From Candidatus Latescibacterota bacterium (GTDB taxonomy: Bacteria; Latescibacterota; CBDEFO01), in NCBI GenBank assembly GCA_965237525.1, contig CBDEFO010000008.1, positions 576,001 through 640,000 of the forward strand: a stretch of DNA of 64,000 nucleotides. Reading direction: 5' to 3'. How positions within the stretch are numbered: position 1 is the stretch's first letter; each line of letters opens with the position of its first letter. Positions 29,688 through 39,336 of this stretch are shown here, piece by piece. The notes beneath the pieces were generated by a model, which was not told the DNA's origin, ran no database searches, and saw only the letters and a program-made list of their open reading frames with translations. Position numbers and translations under genes: made by a program.

Positions 29688-30971
29688 ATGGCATTAAAGG
29701 ACACCGCTAAAACCTTCCCTTTAGTTTTACTGCTGTTGACTTGGACATCCGCATTCGGTCAGGTTCTATCGGACAAGATAGTGGCTGTAGTCGAGGATGA
29801 GATCATCTTGTTGTCAGATTTGGAGGACGCAGTGCAACTCCAACTGGTTATATCAGAATCAAGAGAGTATATAGACGAAGAAGAGCTCAAAAAGATGTAT
29901 AAGGATATGCTGGAGGTCTTGGTAAACCAGAAGATAATCGTAGCCAAAGCCCAAAGGGACACTATAGTTCTGGACAGCGAAGAGGTCGCGGAGACCGTAG
30001 AGGCGGAATTTGAAAGCAGAGGTAGGAATATGACCGCCGAACAGTTCAAGGAGGCTTTGGCCCAGGAGAATATGACAGAAAGGGATTTCAGGGATAAGAT
30101 CGAAAAGTTGGTAGTTGACGCCAAACTGAGAGATGAAGTGATGTACAGACTATCTGCAAACGCATCGGTATCTCGCAAGGAGATACAGGAGTTCAAAGAG
30201 ACGTACAAAGATAGTCTGCCCGATAACATCAGCATAAGTCACATCCTTATAAGGCCGGGACGTTCATTAGAGGAAAAGAAAAAGATACGCCAAAGAGCTG
30301 AGGAGATCTTGGAGAGAGCCAGAATGGACGAGGATTTTGAGGAATTAGCCAAAAAGTACTCTGAAGATCCGGGATCGTCCCGAAGAGGCGGAGATTTGGG
30401 GTTCTTCGAGAGAGGAAAGATGATTAAAGAGTTCGAGGACGCCGCGTTTGCACTTAGCCCGGGGGAGATAAGCGATATTGTTGAGACTCAAGTAGGCTAT
30501 CATATCGTAAAGTTAGAAGAAAAAGACAAAGACAAGATAAGGGCAAGGCATATCCTGTTTTTGACTCAGGTGACACAAGAAGACAACAAGAAAGCGTTAG
30601 AGCATATGAAGGAGATCCGCAAGAGGGCATTCGATGGCGAAGATTTTGGGGAACTGGCGATGCGGTTTTCAGATGACCACGAGAACGCCGATGAAAGAGG
30701 CTTCTTAGGATATTTCCCAACCAGAGGAGATAGTCCATCACCTGCCTTCAAGGCGGCGATAAGGAAAATGAGGTTAGGAGAGATCAGCCCTCCTGTGATG
30801 ACCGAACTTGGATTTCACATCATAAAACTCAACGATGAAGACGATTTTATATCATACTCAGTTAGGCTCAAGAAGATAGAAAAGGCATACGAGGAGATGT
30901 TAGAGCGGGAGCGGGAGCGACTCTACATAGACATACGTCTCAATGAGGACGATATTTCTCTTCTGCAATAG
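29688..30971 (+). CDS. surA: SurA-like periplasmic chaperone/PPIase
   Basis: Signal peptide, DKIVAVV..EIILLSDL, two parvulin domains (SHILI..YSEDPGS..GGDLG; ARHIL..GFHII). Confidence 0.88.
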   Translation: MALKDTAKTFPLVLLLLTWTSAFGQVLSDKIVAVVEDEIILLSDLEDAVQLQLVISESREYIDEEELKKMYKDMLEVLVNQKIIVAKAQRDTIVLDSEEVAETVEAEFESRGRNMTAEQFKEALAQENMTERDFRDKIEKLVVDAKLRDEVMYRLSANASVSRKEIQEFKETYKDSLPDNISISHILIRPGRSLEEKKKIRQRAEEILERARMDEDFEELAKKYSEDPGSSRRGGDLGFFERGKMIKEFEDAAFALSPGEISDIVETQVGYHIVKLEEKDKDKIRARHILFLTQVTQEDNKKALEHMKEIRKRAFDGEDFGELAMRFSDDHENADERGFLGYFPTRGDSPSPAFKAAIRKMRLGEISPPVMTELGFHIIKLNDEDDFISYSVRLKKIEKAYEEMLERERERLYIDIRLNEDDISLLQ

Positions 30972-30982
30972 AGGTCGATTGT

Positions 30983-31264
30983 ATGAGGGCAGATCTCTTT
31001 TTGAAGAAATGCTCTATAGTAAAAAGGCGATCCCAGGCCAAGGCTATATGCCAAAGAGGCAAGGTTCTCATAGACGGCAACAGTATCAAACCAGCAAACC
31101 AGATAACGCCCGGTCAGCTTATGACGATCTGCCTTCCGAAGAGGTTTATGGAGATTGAGATCCTGGATATACCCAAATCCAACGTCACCAGAAAGGCTGC
31201 AGGGGATTTCTACCGTGTGATAAGGGATGAAAAAAGAAATGAAGGTGTTGATATGGAAGGATAG
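30983..31264 (+). CDS. S4-domain RNA-binding protein (Hsp15/YabO-like)
   Basis: MRADLFLK..IVKRRSQAK..C..GKV.IDG..KPA. Confidence 0.88.
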   Translation: MRADLFLKKCSIVKRRSQAKAICQRGKVLIDGNSIKPANQITPGQLMTICLPKRFMEIEILDIPKSNVTRKAAGDFYRVIRDEKRNEGVDMEG

Positions 31265-31270
31265 ATCAGC

Positions 31271-32032
31271 GTGAGCATCAAATCCAGAAAAAAGGTAGAT
31301 TGCGAACCTTACAGCCGATTAGCCGAAATATACGACTTTGTGATGAGCCACCTTGATTACAAAAGATGGACAGATTACATAGAATCGGTCTTTTCACACT
31401 TTGATCTTAATCCTTCAGATATTCTGGACGTTGCGTGTGGCACAGGGACTATGGCTCTGGAGCTCCACAGCAGGGGTTACAACACATCAGGCATAGATGA
31501 ATCTTGGTCTATGGTCGAGGTGGCAAGGGTAAAATCTCAAAAGGCAGGAGTGCAAATCGATCTGTCCTGCGGTGATATTCGGGACCTTAAGAAATGCCGC
31601 TCTTTTGAGGCGGTGCTGTGCCTGTACGACAGTTTGAACTATCTGATGGAGATAGAAGAGGTCAAAAAGGCCCTGAAGAGCATCAGACAAATTTTGGATC
31701 CGGCCGGGATATTCATATTCGACATCTGCATGGAGAGAAATTCGCTTCTGTATTTTAGAGACTACACCAGTAAGGGAAAAGGCGATGGTTTTTCGTACAG
31801 CAGACACAGCTTCTATGACCCAGAGACGAAGATACAGAACAATCACTTCAAGATAGGCTTCGACAGATCGGATGAAACGTTTGTAGAGATGCACAGGCAG
31901 AGGATATACAGCAAAGACGAAATAGAGAAGGCCGTGCGGGAGTCGGAATTCGACATTTTGGGTATCTTCGACGATTTCAGCCTCAGACCCGCCTCAAAGA
32001 ACTCCGACCGGATACATTTTGTGTTGAGGTGA
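31271..32032 (+). CDS. Class I SAM-dependent methyltransferase
   Basis: ILDVACGTG, LYDSLNYL, L.PAGIFIFD. Confidence 0.9.
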   Translation: MSIKSRKKVDCEPYSRLAEIYDFVMSHLDYKRWTDYIESVFSHFDLNPSDILDVACGTGTMALELHSRGYNTSGIDESWSMVEVARVKSQKAGVQIDLSCGDIRDLKKCRSFEAVLCLYDSLNYLMEIEEVKKALKSIRQILDPAGIFIFDICMERNSLLYFRDYTSKGKGDGFSYSRHSFYDPETKIQNNHFKIGFDRSDETFVEMHRQRIYSKDEIEKAVRESEFDILGIFDDFSLRPASKNSDRIHFVLR

Positions 32033-32115
32033 AGAGTGATATGTCGAAGTTAGACAGCTTTGGTGACAAAAAGATAACAAGACGAATTCAGAAATTTACG
32101 ATCGGGAGCTAACCG

Positions 32116-33804
32116 ATGACAAAATTAAATGAAATGAACATTTTTTTGGAAGGTATTGGTCATGCTCTTGCCGACAACATGTTGTCCGTCCCAATATATC
32201 AACGCTCATACGCTTGGGAGGACCGCCATGTCAAAGATCTCTATCAGGATATTGCTAACGCCATCAATGAAGGCGAAAAGGAGTACTTTCTCGGATCTAT
32301 TGTCATTACAGAAAACACTTCAGACCGCCCAGAAGTAGTTGACGGTCAACAGCGGCTTGCGACAACTACAATCCTTATAGCGGCTATCAGAGACTGGTTC
32401 TATGAAAACGAAGATACTGATCGGGTCGAGGATATTGAACGGGAATTCCTGATAACCAGAGACCTCCGAACGCAGGAAAAGGTTTCCAAACTTCGACTTA
32501 ATGAAATCGACCAGGACTTTTTCTCGAAGACTATCTTGTCAAAGCCCGATAGTCCCGAACGATCGGTAGCTTCTTCAAAAGAGTCTCACAAGAAGATTAC
32601 AAAAGCGAGCGAGATTGCTGCAGATCACCTTAGAAATATTGTTGAGCTTTCAAATAAGCCAGCTGACCGTTTGATTGATTGGATAGATTATCTGAAAACG
32701 GGAGTTCGGGTAATTTGGGTCAAGGTACCCGATGATGCCAACGCGTTCACTATATTTGAAACCCTCAATGATCGAGGACTTGATCTAGCTATCTCGGACC
32801 TTCTTAAGAATTACCTCTTCCATCTTTCTGGTGATCGTATTAGCGAGGCACAGCAAAGATGGGTGTCAATGTTTGCTGCGCTTGAGGCAGTAGACAATGA
32901 AGAGATTGTTGTTGACTACATAAGACACCTTTGGTCGTTAAAGTACGGCTCAACACGGCAAAGAGACCTTTACGACGGAATAAAAAAGCGTATTACAAGC
33001 AAACAGTCTGCCATTGACTTTGCGAATGAGTTGGCAGAAAACGCCAAACTGTATGCCGCCATACTGAATCCTGACCACGAGATTTGGTCTTCATATGGTT
33101 CAACGTCACGCTCTCATATTGTGACGATCAACCTGTTGCGGATGGTGCAAATTAGACCATTGCTGCTTGCCATTCTTGCAGAATATGATCGGGAGGAAGT
33201 AAAGAAAACATTGTCGGTGATGGTTTCCTGGGCAGTACGCTTTCTAATATATGGTGGCCTGGGAGGGGGTACTCTGGAAAAATACTACTCAGATGGAGCA
33301 AAAGACATTAGCTCGGGGAGTGTAAAAACGGCACAAGACTTGCTCACTGCAATGACTCCCGTGGTTCCGACAGATGGTCAGTTTGAATCTGCCTTCACGA
33401 CCGCTACGGTATCAAAAAACTATCTTGCCCGCTATTACCTTCGTGCACTGGAGAAAGAATCCTGTAACGAACCTGATCCTGAATTGGTACCGAATCCGAA
33501 TGAGGAAATCGTAAACTTGGAACACGTCTTACCGGAACATCCTTCTGAGAAATGGGCTCATATCGATGATGAAATCGTAAAGATATACTACAAGCGAATC
33601 GGGAATCTCGCGTTGACAAAAATGCGCATAAACTCGGATGTTGGAAATGACGGTTTCCATGAAAAACGTTCCTTCTACGCGAACTCTGATTTCCAGCTAA
33701 CATCGTCAATAGCGGACTTTGATAATTGGGGTCCAGAGGAGATTGAGAAACGTCAAAAGGAACTCGCCAAATTAGCGGTGCGTGCTTGGCCCAGCAAGAT
33801 CTGA
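32116..33804 (+). CDS. DUF262 + DUF1524 (HNH) protein, GmrSD/SspE-like restriction nuclease
   Basis: YQRSYAW, YFLGSIV, VDGQQRL, FETLNDRG; C-terminal LEHVLP...IGNL.L...N. Confidence 0.9.
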   Translation: MTKLNEMNIFLEGIGHALADNMLSVPIYQRSYAWEDRHVKDLYQDIANAINEGEKEYFLGSIVITENTSDRPEVVDGQQRLATTTILIAAIRDWFYENEDTDRVEDIEREFLITRDLRTQEKVSKLRLNEIDQDFFSKTILSKPDSPERSVASSKESHKKITKASEIAADHLRNIVELSNKPADRLIDWIDYLKTGVRVIWVKVPDDANAFTIFETLNDRGLDLAISDLLKNYLFHLSGDRISEAQQRWVSMFAALEAVDNEEIVVDYIRHLWSLKYGSTRQRDLYDGIKKRITSKQSAIDFANELAENAKLYAAILNPDHEIWSSYGSTSRSHIVTINLLRMVQIRPLLLAILAEYDREEVKKTLSVMVSWAVRFLIYGGLGGGTLEKYYSDGAKDISSGSVKTAQDLLTAMTPVVPTDGQFESAFTTATVSKNYLARYYLRALEKESCNEPDPELVPNPNEEIVNLEHVLPEHPSEKWAHIDDEIVKIYYKRIGNLALTKMRINSDVGNDGFHEKRSFYANSDFQLTSSIADFDNWGPEEIEKRQKELAKLAVRAWPSKI

Positions 33805-33952
33805 GGGAAGAAGAAACTCAGTGATCAGCCATTCAAGGCAGCGACGTTTAGAATGGCATGAAAGACACGACAACCTTTGTTCCAGCAGCATAGACCGACT
33901 TCGTTATCTTTGTTCGGACAGCTGAAATTTATAATTTACTGAAGGCGAAAAG

Positions 33953-34600
33953 ATGATCAGACTAGAAGGCGTCTCAAAGTACATAGGGGAATCGGCTATA
34001 TTAGAGGATATAAGCCTCAACGTAGAAAAAGGCCAGATAGTCTTTTTATTCGGTCCCGTCGGAGCGGGCAAGAGCACGATAATAAGATTGGTTCACTTCG
34101 ACGAGCGTCCCACATCGGGCAGAGTCATAGTCGGAGACTACGATTCAGCGACTCTAAAAAAGAGGCACATACCTTTGGTCAGGCGGAAAGTGGGAGTGAT
34201 CTTTCAGGATTTCAAGCTCTTAAAGGACAGGAATGTATTTGAGAACGTGGTTTTCGCCCTGAGAGTGACAGGAACAAAGGCAAAGGAGGCTAAAAGGAGG
34301 GCCATTCAGTCGCTGGCTATGGTGGACCTGGGACACAAAAGGAATTCTCTGCCTGGCCACCTGTCCGGAGGAGAACTGCAAAAAGTCGCAATAGCAAGGG
34401 CTCTGGCTCTGGAACCGTTCGCGCTTTTGGCAGACGAACCTACAGGAAATCTGGATGCCGATGCAAAGCGCGATATAATGGACATACTGCGCAAGATCAA
34501 TCATAAGGGGACAGCTGTCCTTCTCGCCACGCACGATGAAGGACTTCTGGACCAATCCAACGGCAAAGTCGTAAGGATCAAGGGGGGCAGGCTCTGCTAA
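33953..34600 (+). CDS. ftsE: Cell division ATP-binding protein FtsE
   Basis: [31 protein letters not shown]; adjacent to ftsX. Confidence 0.93.
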   Translation: MIRLEGVSKYIGESAILEDISLNVEKGQIVFLFGPVGAGKSTIIRLVHFDERPTSGRVIVGDYDSATLKKRHIPLVRRKVGVIFQDFKLLKDRNVFENVVFALRVTGTKAKEAKRRAIQSLAMVDLGHKRNSLPGHLSGGELQKVAIARALALEPFALLADEPTGNLDADAKRDIMDILRKINHKGTAVLLATHDEGLLDQSNGKVVRIKGGRLC

Positions 34601-34656
34601 GCCTGTTCTTTGCAAGATTCTTCGACGAGAAAATTATCTTCTCCCCCACTTCAAGA

Positions 34657-35526
34657 ATGAGTCTGGGTTACGTATGTAAGGAGGCACTTTCAGATCTTCA
34701 GCGGTCCTGGATGATGAGCCTGGTCTCTTCTGGGATAATGGCTATTTCTCTTTTGGTCCTGGGCATCTTTGGACTCGTCTCTATCAGCGCGTACAATTTG
34801 GTAGAAGATATAAAAAAGCGGGTGGAGATAGAGGCTTACCTGAGCGATGAAGTGGACATCAAAGGAGCTATACAGATAAAGGCCGACGTGGAGAAGCTAA
34901 ACGGCGTGGAGCAAGCCAGATATATAGATAAGCAAAGGGCTTCCGAGGAGTTCCGAGCCGAGTTCGGAGATGACCTACTCGATGCGGTCGGAGTCAATCC
35001 TCTGCCCGCCTCCATAAGGATAACGCTCGTAGATCAATTCAGGACATTGGATTATGCCACCAGCGTAGTCTTTCAACTAGAGAAGATAGAGGGAGTAGAG
35101 GATGTACACTACGGAGTGGACTGGATCGGAAAGTTAGATCGCATCGTGACTATCCTTTTTATAGCAGGTTCAACGATAGGATTGGTCATCTTCGTTGCAT
35201 GCGTCTTCGTGACGTCCAACACAGCAAAACTGGCCGTGTTGTCCCGGCGCGAGTCCATTGGGGTTATGAAGCTTGTTGGAGCCACCGATAGGTTTATAAG
35301 AGGACACTTCCTTGTAGGAGGGATAATCCAGGGATTGGTCGGTGGCATAGTAGCAGGTACTTTGCTCTTTCTAATATACCGGTGGACTTCTTCAAATTTT
35401 CCTGAACTCCCATTGAGGTCTTATCCGTCTCTTCTGGTATCTCTTTCTACGGTCGTTCTCGGAGCGATCTTAGGCGGAATTGGAAGTCAGACCTCCCTGA
35501 GGAGGGTCTTAAACGTCCTCTCTTAG
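34657..35526 (+). CDS. ftsX: Cell division permease FtsX
   Basis: NPLPAS, SRRESI.VMKLVGAT..FI, 4 TM pattern. Confidence 0.92.
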   Translation: MSLGYVCKEALSDLQRSWMMSLVSSGIMAISLLVLGIFGLVSISAYNLVEDIKKRVEIEAYLSDEVDIKGAIQIKADVEKLNGVEQARYIDKQRASEEFRAEFGDDLLDAVGVNPLPASIRITLVDQFRTLDYATSVVFQLEKIEGVEDVHYGVDWIGKLDRIVTILFIAGSTIGLVIFVACVFVTSNTAKLAVLSRRESIGVMKLVGATDRFIRGHFLVGGIIQGLVGGIVAGTLLFLIYRWTSSNFPELPLRSYPSLLVSLSTVVLGAILGGIGSQTSLRRVLNVLS

Positions 35527-35533
35527 AGTAGAG

Positions 35534-36877
35534 GTGCGTCGAGTAGGGACATCGCATGCGGCAGAAGGGCTTGGCATGATGAAGCTGTCGAAGAAAATTG
35601 ACATCGAGTGGTCGTACAGCCAGAAAAGAGATAGAACTCTCACGGGTGTGGCTGCCCTGTCTCCCCCGACTAATTCTATCGGGGGCAATTGTCTACTGTC
35701 TACCCTTTTGAGCCTTTGTCTGATCCTTCTCTCTGCTCCTTATGTAAGATCTGCCCCGCGCACAGATGAACTCAAAAGAAAGGTGGAAGAGAGAAAGACT
35801 GAGCAGGAAGATCTCCGGAGGGAAGTGGAGGAGAACAGAAGACAGGTGGCAAGCCTCAAAGGAGTGGAAGGTCAGGTAGGGGATCGGATAGATGCTCTCG
35901 AAAAAGAGATAGACTCCCTCGAAAGATACATAGCTCTCTTAAAGAGGCAGGAGCGGGAACTTGAGTCGGAGATAAAAAGTACAGAGTCTTTGTTGAAAAA
36001 GACAATAGAGAGACTCTCCCAACACCAAAAGGCGATGTCGAACAGGCTACGGGAGATTTACAAAAAGGGAAAACTGGACGGACTGGAAATCATTCTATCG
36101 TCAAGTTCTTTTTCCGATCTTTTGAGGAGGTCTAAGTATCTTTCTTTAGTAGCGTCCCAGGACAGGGATAATTACGAAAAGATAAAACTCCACAAGGCCA
36201 GTATAAAGGAGGCCAAAAGCAGACTGGAGGCCGACTACAAAAAGAAGGTGAAAATAGAAGGTGAAAAGATAAGGGAGAACAAAAGACTCAAGGTGAGCAG
36301 AGAAGAACACACAAGGCTCCTTGTCTCTGTTCAGAAGGATATGAAACTTAAGCAACAGTTAATAGATGAGAACACTCGCTCCGTAGCCCTCCTGGACGAG
36401 GAGATAAACCAGTTGTATGAGGTGATTCAAAGAGAAGCGCAAAGTAGAAAAGGCCGGGCCGGGTTTGAGGATTTTGCCAAGATGCAAGGAAAGTTGCTGT
36501 GGCCTGTTGCAGGCAAGATTGTGAGTAGCTTCGGAAAGCACAGGGATGAGAATCTAAAGACCGTTACTTTCAACAGGGGCATTGACATTAAGGTGGCAGA
36601 GGGGACGGAAGTGATAGCAGTTGCGGCGGGCGAGGTCGTCATGACAGATTGGATGAGGGGCTACGGAAAGTTTGTCATAGTCCATCACGGGGACGGATAT
36701 CTTACAGTCTATGCCCACCTTTCGGAAGTGTTTGTGAACAAAGGGGATATGGTAGATACAGGAGACATACTGGCTTATTCAGGACGGACGGGGTCTTTAG
36801 ACGGTCCAAAGCTCCACTTTGAACTGCTCGAAGGCAAAGAACCTCAAAATCCCACGAGTTGGCTGAGCAGTAACTGA
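35534..36877 (+). CDS. envC: EnvC-like murein hydrolase activator (coiled coil + M23); start uncertain
   Basis: Long coiled coil, WPVAG, GIDI, YAHL, LHFE; follows ftsEX. Confidence 0.87.
   Translation: MRRVGTSHAAEGLGMMKLSKKIDIEWSYSQKRDRTLTGVAALSPPTNSIGGNCLLSTLLSLCLILLSAPYVRSAPRTDELKRKVEERKTEQEDLRREVEENRRQVASLKGVEGQVGDRIDALEKEIDSLERYIALLKRQERELESEIKSTESLLKKTIERLSQHQKAMSNRLREIYKKGKLDGLEIILSSSSFSDLLRRSKYLSLVASQDRDNYEKIKLHKASIKEAKSRLEADYKKKVKIEGEKIRENKRLKVSREEHTRLLVSVQKDMKLKQQLIDENTRSVALLDEEINQLYEVIQREAQSRKGRAGFEDFAKMQGKLLWPVAGKIVSSFGKHRDENLKTVTFNRGIDIKVAEGTEVIAVAAGEVVMTDWMRGYGKFVIVHHGDGYLTVYAHLSEVFVNKGDMVDTGDILAYSGRTGSLDGPKLHFELLEGKEPQNPTSWLSSN
35663..35685. repeat. CCCCGAT-palindrome in the envC 5' region
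   Basis: cccccgactaattctatcggggg (degenerate). Confidence 0.75.
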
Positions 36878-36889
36878 AGGCAAAACAGG

Positions 36890-37456
36890 ATGTCCCACAA
36901 CAAATCCCTGATAAGAAAGACGATATTAAAAATGAGAGATTCCCTTGCAAAAGAGGATGTTGAGCACAAGACCAAGGCTATAAGAGAAAGGTTATACAAG
37001 ACCCTGGAGTACAAAATGGCCGCGACGGTTCACTGCTACGTCTCGATCAGGAACGAGGTCGATACGCGCGTATTAATCCGCGATATGATCAGATCAAAAA
37101 TAAGTGTGATAGTGCCGGTGACAGATGTGAATACAAAAGTCTTGCGACATTCCCGGATAACAGATATAGATACTCTGCGCCCAGGCACAATGGGGATACC
37201 CCAGCCGGAAAGGGTAGATATGAAGGAGTTGGATTTAGACAAGGTGGACCTTGTGATACTTCCTGGCGTGGCTTTCGACCGTTTCGGGAACAGGATAGGT
37301 TTTGGAGGTGGATTTTACGATCCCTTCCTTTCAGAAATCGACGCCGTGAAGGTCGGGTTGGCTTACGAATTTCAGATAGTAGACAAAATAGAGGCCGATC
37401 CTCACGACGAAACGGTGGATAGGATTATCACACAGGATAGGATATATGAAAAGTAG
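36890..37456 (+). CDS. 5-formyltetrahydrofolate cyclo-ligase
   Basis: EVDT, GIPQP, DLVILPGVAFD..GNRIGFGGGFYD, PHD. Confidence 0.95.
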   Translation: MSHNKSLIRKTILKMRDSLAKEDVEHKTKAIRERLYKTLEYKMAATVHCYVSIRNEVDTRVLIRDMIRSKISVIVPVTDVNTKVLRHSRITDIDTLRPGTMGIPQPERVDMKELDLDKVDLVILPGVAFDRFGNRIGFGGGFYDPFLSEIDAVKVGLAYEFQIVDKIEADPHDETVDRIITQDRIYEK

Positions 37457-37636
37457 TTCCCCATCGGTGCAGCAAATCCCGATATTCCAGTGGAATTGGA
37501 CCTAATCTGGACCTCCAAAAAGTCGGATACCGATTCCGTGGTGCACAGGCGACGTTTGCCGTCGCATGATCCTCCGGAAACTATCGAAGAACTTTTCGGG
37601 GAGCAAAGAACTTTTTTGAGAAAAAATGGAGATAAT

Positions 37637-38386
37637 TTGGACTCTGACGCCCAAATCCAAAAGGAGCTCGTAGAGGGAGGCAATCTGCCCAGGCACATTG
37701 CCGTTATAATGGACGGGAACGGGAGGTGGGCAAAGAAAAGAGGCCTGTCGCGTAATGATGGCCATAGAGCAGGAGTGAAATCCGTACGGGACATAGTGCG
37801 CACCTGTGGAGAGCTGCACATAGAGGTCCTAACTCTGTACGCCTTCTCGTCTGAGAACTGGATTCGTCCTAAAGAAGAAGTACTGTTCCTTATGAGGCTG
37901 ATAAAGGATACCGTGTCGGGAGAGTTCCTGGAACTTCACAAAAATAACGTGAAACTGGTAAGTATAGGCAGAATGAATCATCTCCCCAGAGCCAGCCGCC
38001 TTGCCCTTTTAAGGGTTATAAAAAACACCTCGAAAAACTCGGGACTAATGTTGAACTTAGCAGTGGACTACGGAGGCAGGAGCGAGATTGTTGAAGCGGT
38101 AAGAGAGATCGCCAGTAGAGTGGAAAAAGGGAAGCTTAAAAGTTCACAGATAGATGAACAGCTCTTTTCACAATTTCTCTATACTGCCGAACTCCCTGAG
38201 CCAGATCTGCTCATAAGGACAAGCGGAGAGATGAGGCTGAGCAACTTCCTCCTATGGCAGATGGCTTACACTGAAATATGGGTCACCCCGGTATATTGGC
38301 CAGATTTCACGAAGGAACACCTCTATGAGGCAATGAGGAATTATCAATCCAGAGAAAGACGGTTCGGTGGACTGGAGTCGACGTAG
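37637..38386 (+). CDS. uppS: Undecaprenyl diphosphate synthase
   Basis: PRHIAVIMDGNGRWA, YAFSSENW, IRTSGEMRLSNFLLWQ, RRFGG; TTG start after GGAG. Confidence 0.96.
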   Translation: MDSDAQIQKELVEGGNLPRHIAVIMDGNGRWAKKRGLSRNDGHRAGVKSVRDIVRTCGELHIEVLTLYAFSSENWIRPKEEVLFLMRLIKDTVSGEFLELHKNNVKLVSIGRMNHLPRASRLALLRVIKNTSKNSGLMLNLAVDYGGRSEIVEAVREIASRVEKGKLKSSQIDEQLFSQFLYTAELPEPDLLIRTSGEMRLSNFLLWQMAYTEIWVTPVYWPDFTKEHLYEAMRNYQSRERRFGGLEST

Positions 38387-38434
38387 TATCGTCCCTCACC
38401 TTGATTGGGGCTGCTTTGCTGGAGCGGCAGCAAG

Positions 38435-38456
38435 CCCCCGATAGATTCAATGGGGG
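38435..38456. repeat. CCCCGAT-palindrome between uppS and cdsA
   Basis: cccccgatagattcaatggggg. Confidence 0.8.
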
Positions 38457-38505
38457 ACAAGCCAGGAATCGGGCGAAGAACTTTTTGGGTAAAAAGCAGA
38501 AAGAC

Positions 38506-39336
38506 GTGATGCTGGAATCTATCAAAGAACTTTTGACAAGGGCCCTCTATGGAGCGGTTCTGACAGGAGTTTTAATAGCGGTCTCGATTAAGGGCGGTAT
38601 CTTATTTCTGATCTTTATAGACGTTATAATCGCTCTGGGAATATGGGAGTTCTTCCGACTCCAGATGAAGAAAGGACACCTTCCGAATCGAACTTTGGGT
38701 ACAGTGTTGGCACTATCAATAAGTTGGGCATCTTTTTTCCTTGCGGAGCATTACCTTATCCTGATCCTGACAGCTTCGGTTCTGCTCCCATTAGGAGCAG
38801 AATTGTGGAGAAAAGATAAGGGATCAGCTTTGGCAAATGCCGGCGCGACAATGATGGGCATATTCTACGTGGGATATCTGGGGAGCTTTTCGATCCTCCT
38901 TCGGGAGGTAGGAAACGGGGCGTTGGACTATTCGGCGGCGGGATATTTAGTCCTGTTAGTCTTTGTGGGAATATGGACTTCAGATACGCTTGCTTATCTT
39001 GCAGGTGTCGCTCTGGGAAGGCACAAGCTCTTTCCAGAAGTGAGTCCCCAAAAGACGGTGGAAGGCTCCGTAGCCGGACTACTGGGAGCTCTCTTAATAG
39101 GCTGGATAGGGAGTCAGAAACTGGGATTTCTGTCTCTTCACCAGGGTCTGACAATTGGAATTATAATTGGAGTCGTCGGACAGGTAGGCGATCTTGTCGA
39201 GTCTTTGATGAAAAGAGACGCGCAAGTTAAAGACTCCTCAACGCTCATACCAGGACACGGCGGAATATTAGACAGATTCGACAGCTACTTCTTTGTCTTT
39301 CCTTCGGTCTATTTATACATCAGGTATGTTAGATGA
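38506..39336 (+). CDS. cdsA: Phosphatidate cytidylyltransferase
   Basis: SDTLAY, SPQKTVEG, GDLVES.MKR...KDS..IPGHGGILDRFDS. Confidence 0.95.
   Translation: MMLESIKELLTRALYGAVLTGVLIAVSIKGGILFLIFIDVIIALGIWEFFRLQMKKGHLPNRTLGTVLALSISWASFFLAEHYLILILTASVLLPLGAELWRKDKGSALANAGATMMGIFYVGYLGSFSILLREVGNGALDYSAAGYLVLLVFVGIWTSDTLAYLAGVALGRHKLFPEVSPQKTVEGSVAGLLGALLIGWIGSQKLGFLSLHQGLTIGIIIGVVGQVGDLVESLMKRDAQVKDSSTLIPGHGGILDRFDSYFFVFPSVYLYIRYVR

Noticed and set aside
36870..36895. 6S RNA expected upstream of 5-formyl-THF cyclo-ligase
   Set aside because: Only 12 bp separate envC from the gene, so there is no room.
37490..37636. N-terminal extensions of UppS and CdsA in the ORF track
   Set aside because: They run through hairpin repeat DNA, and better starts exist downstream (37637, 38506).
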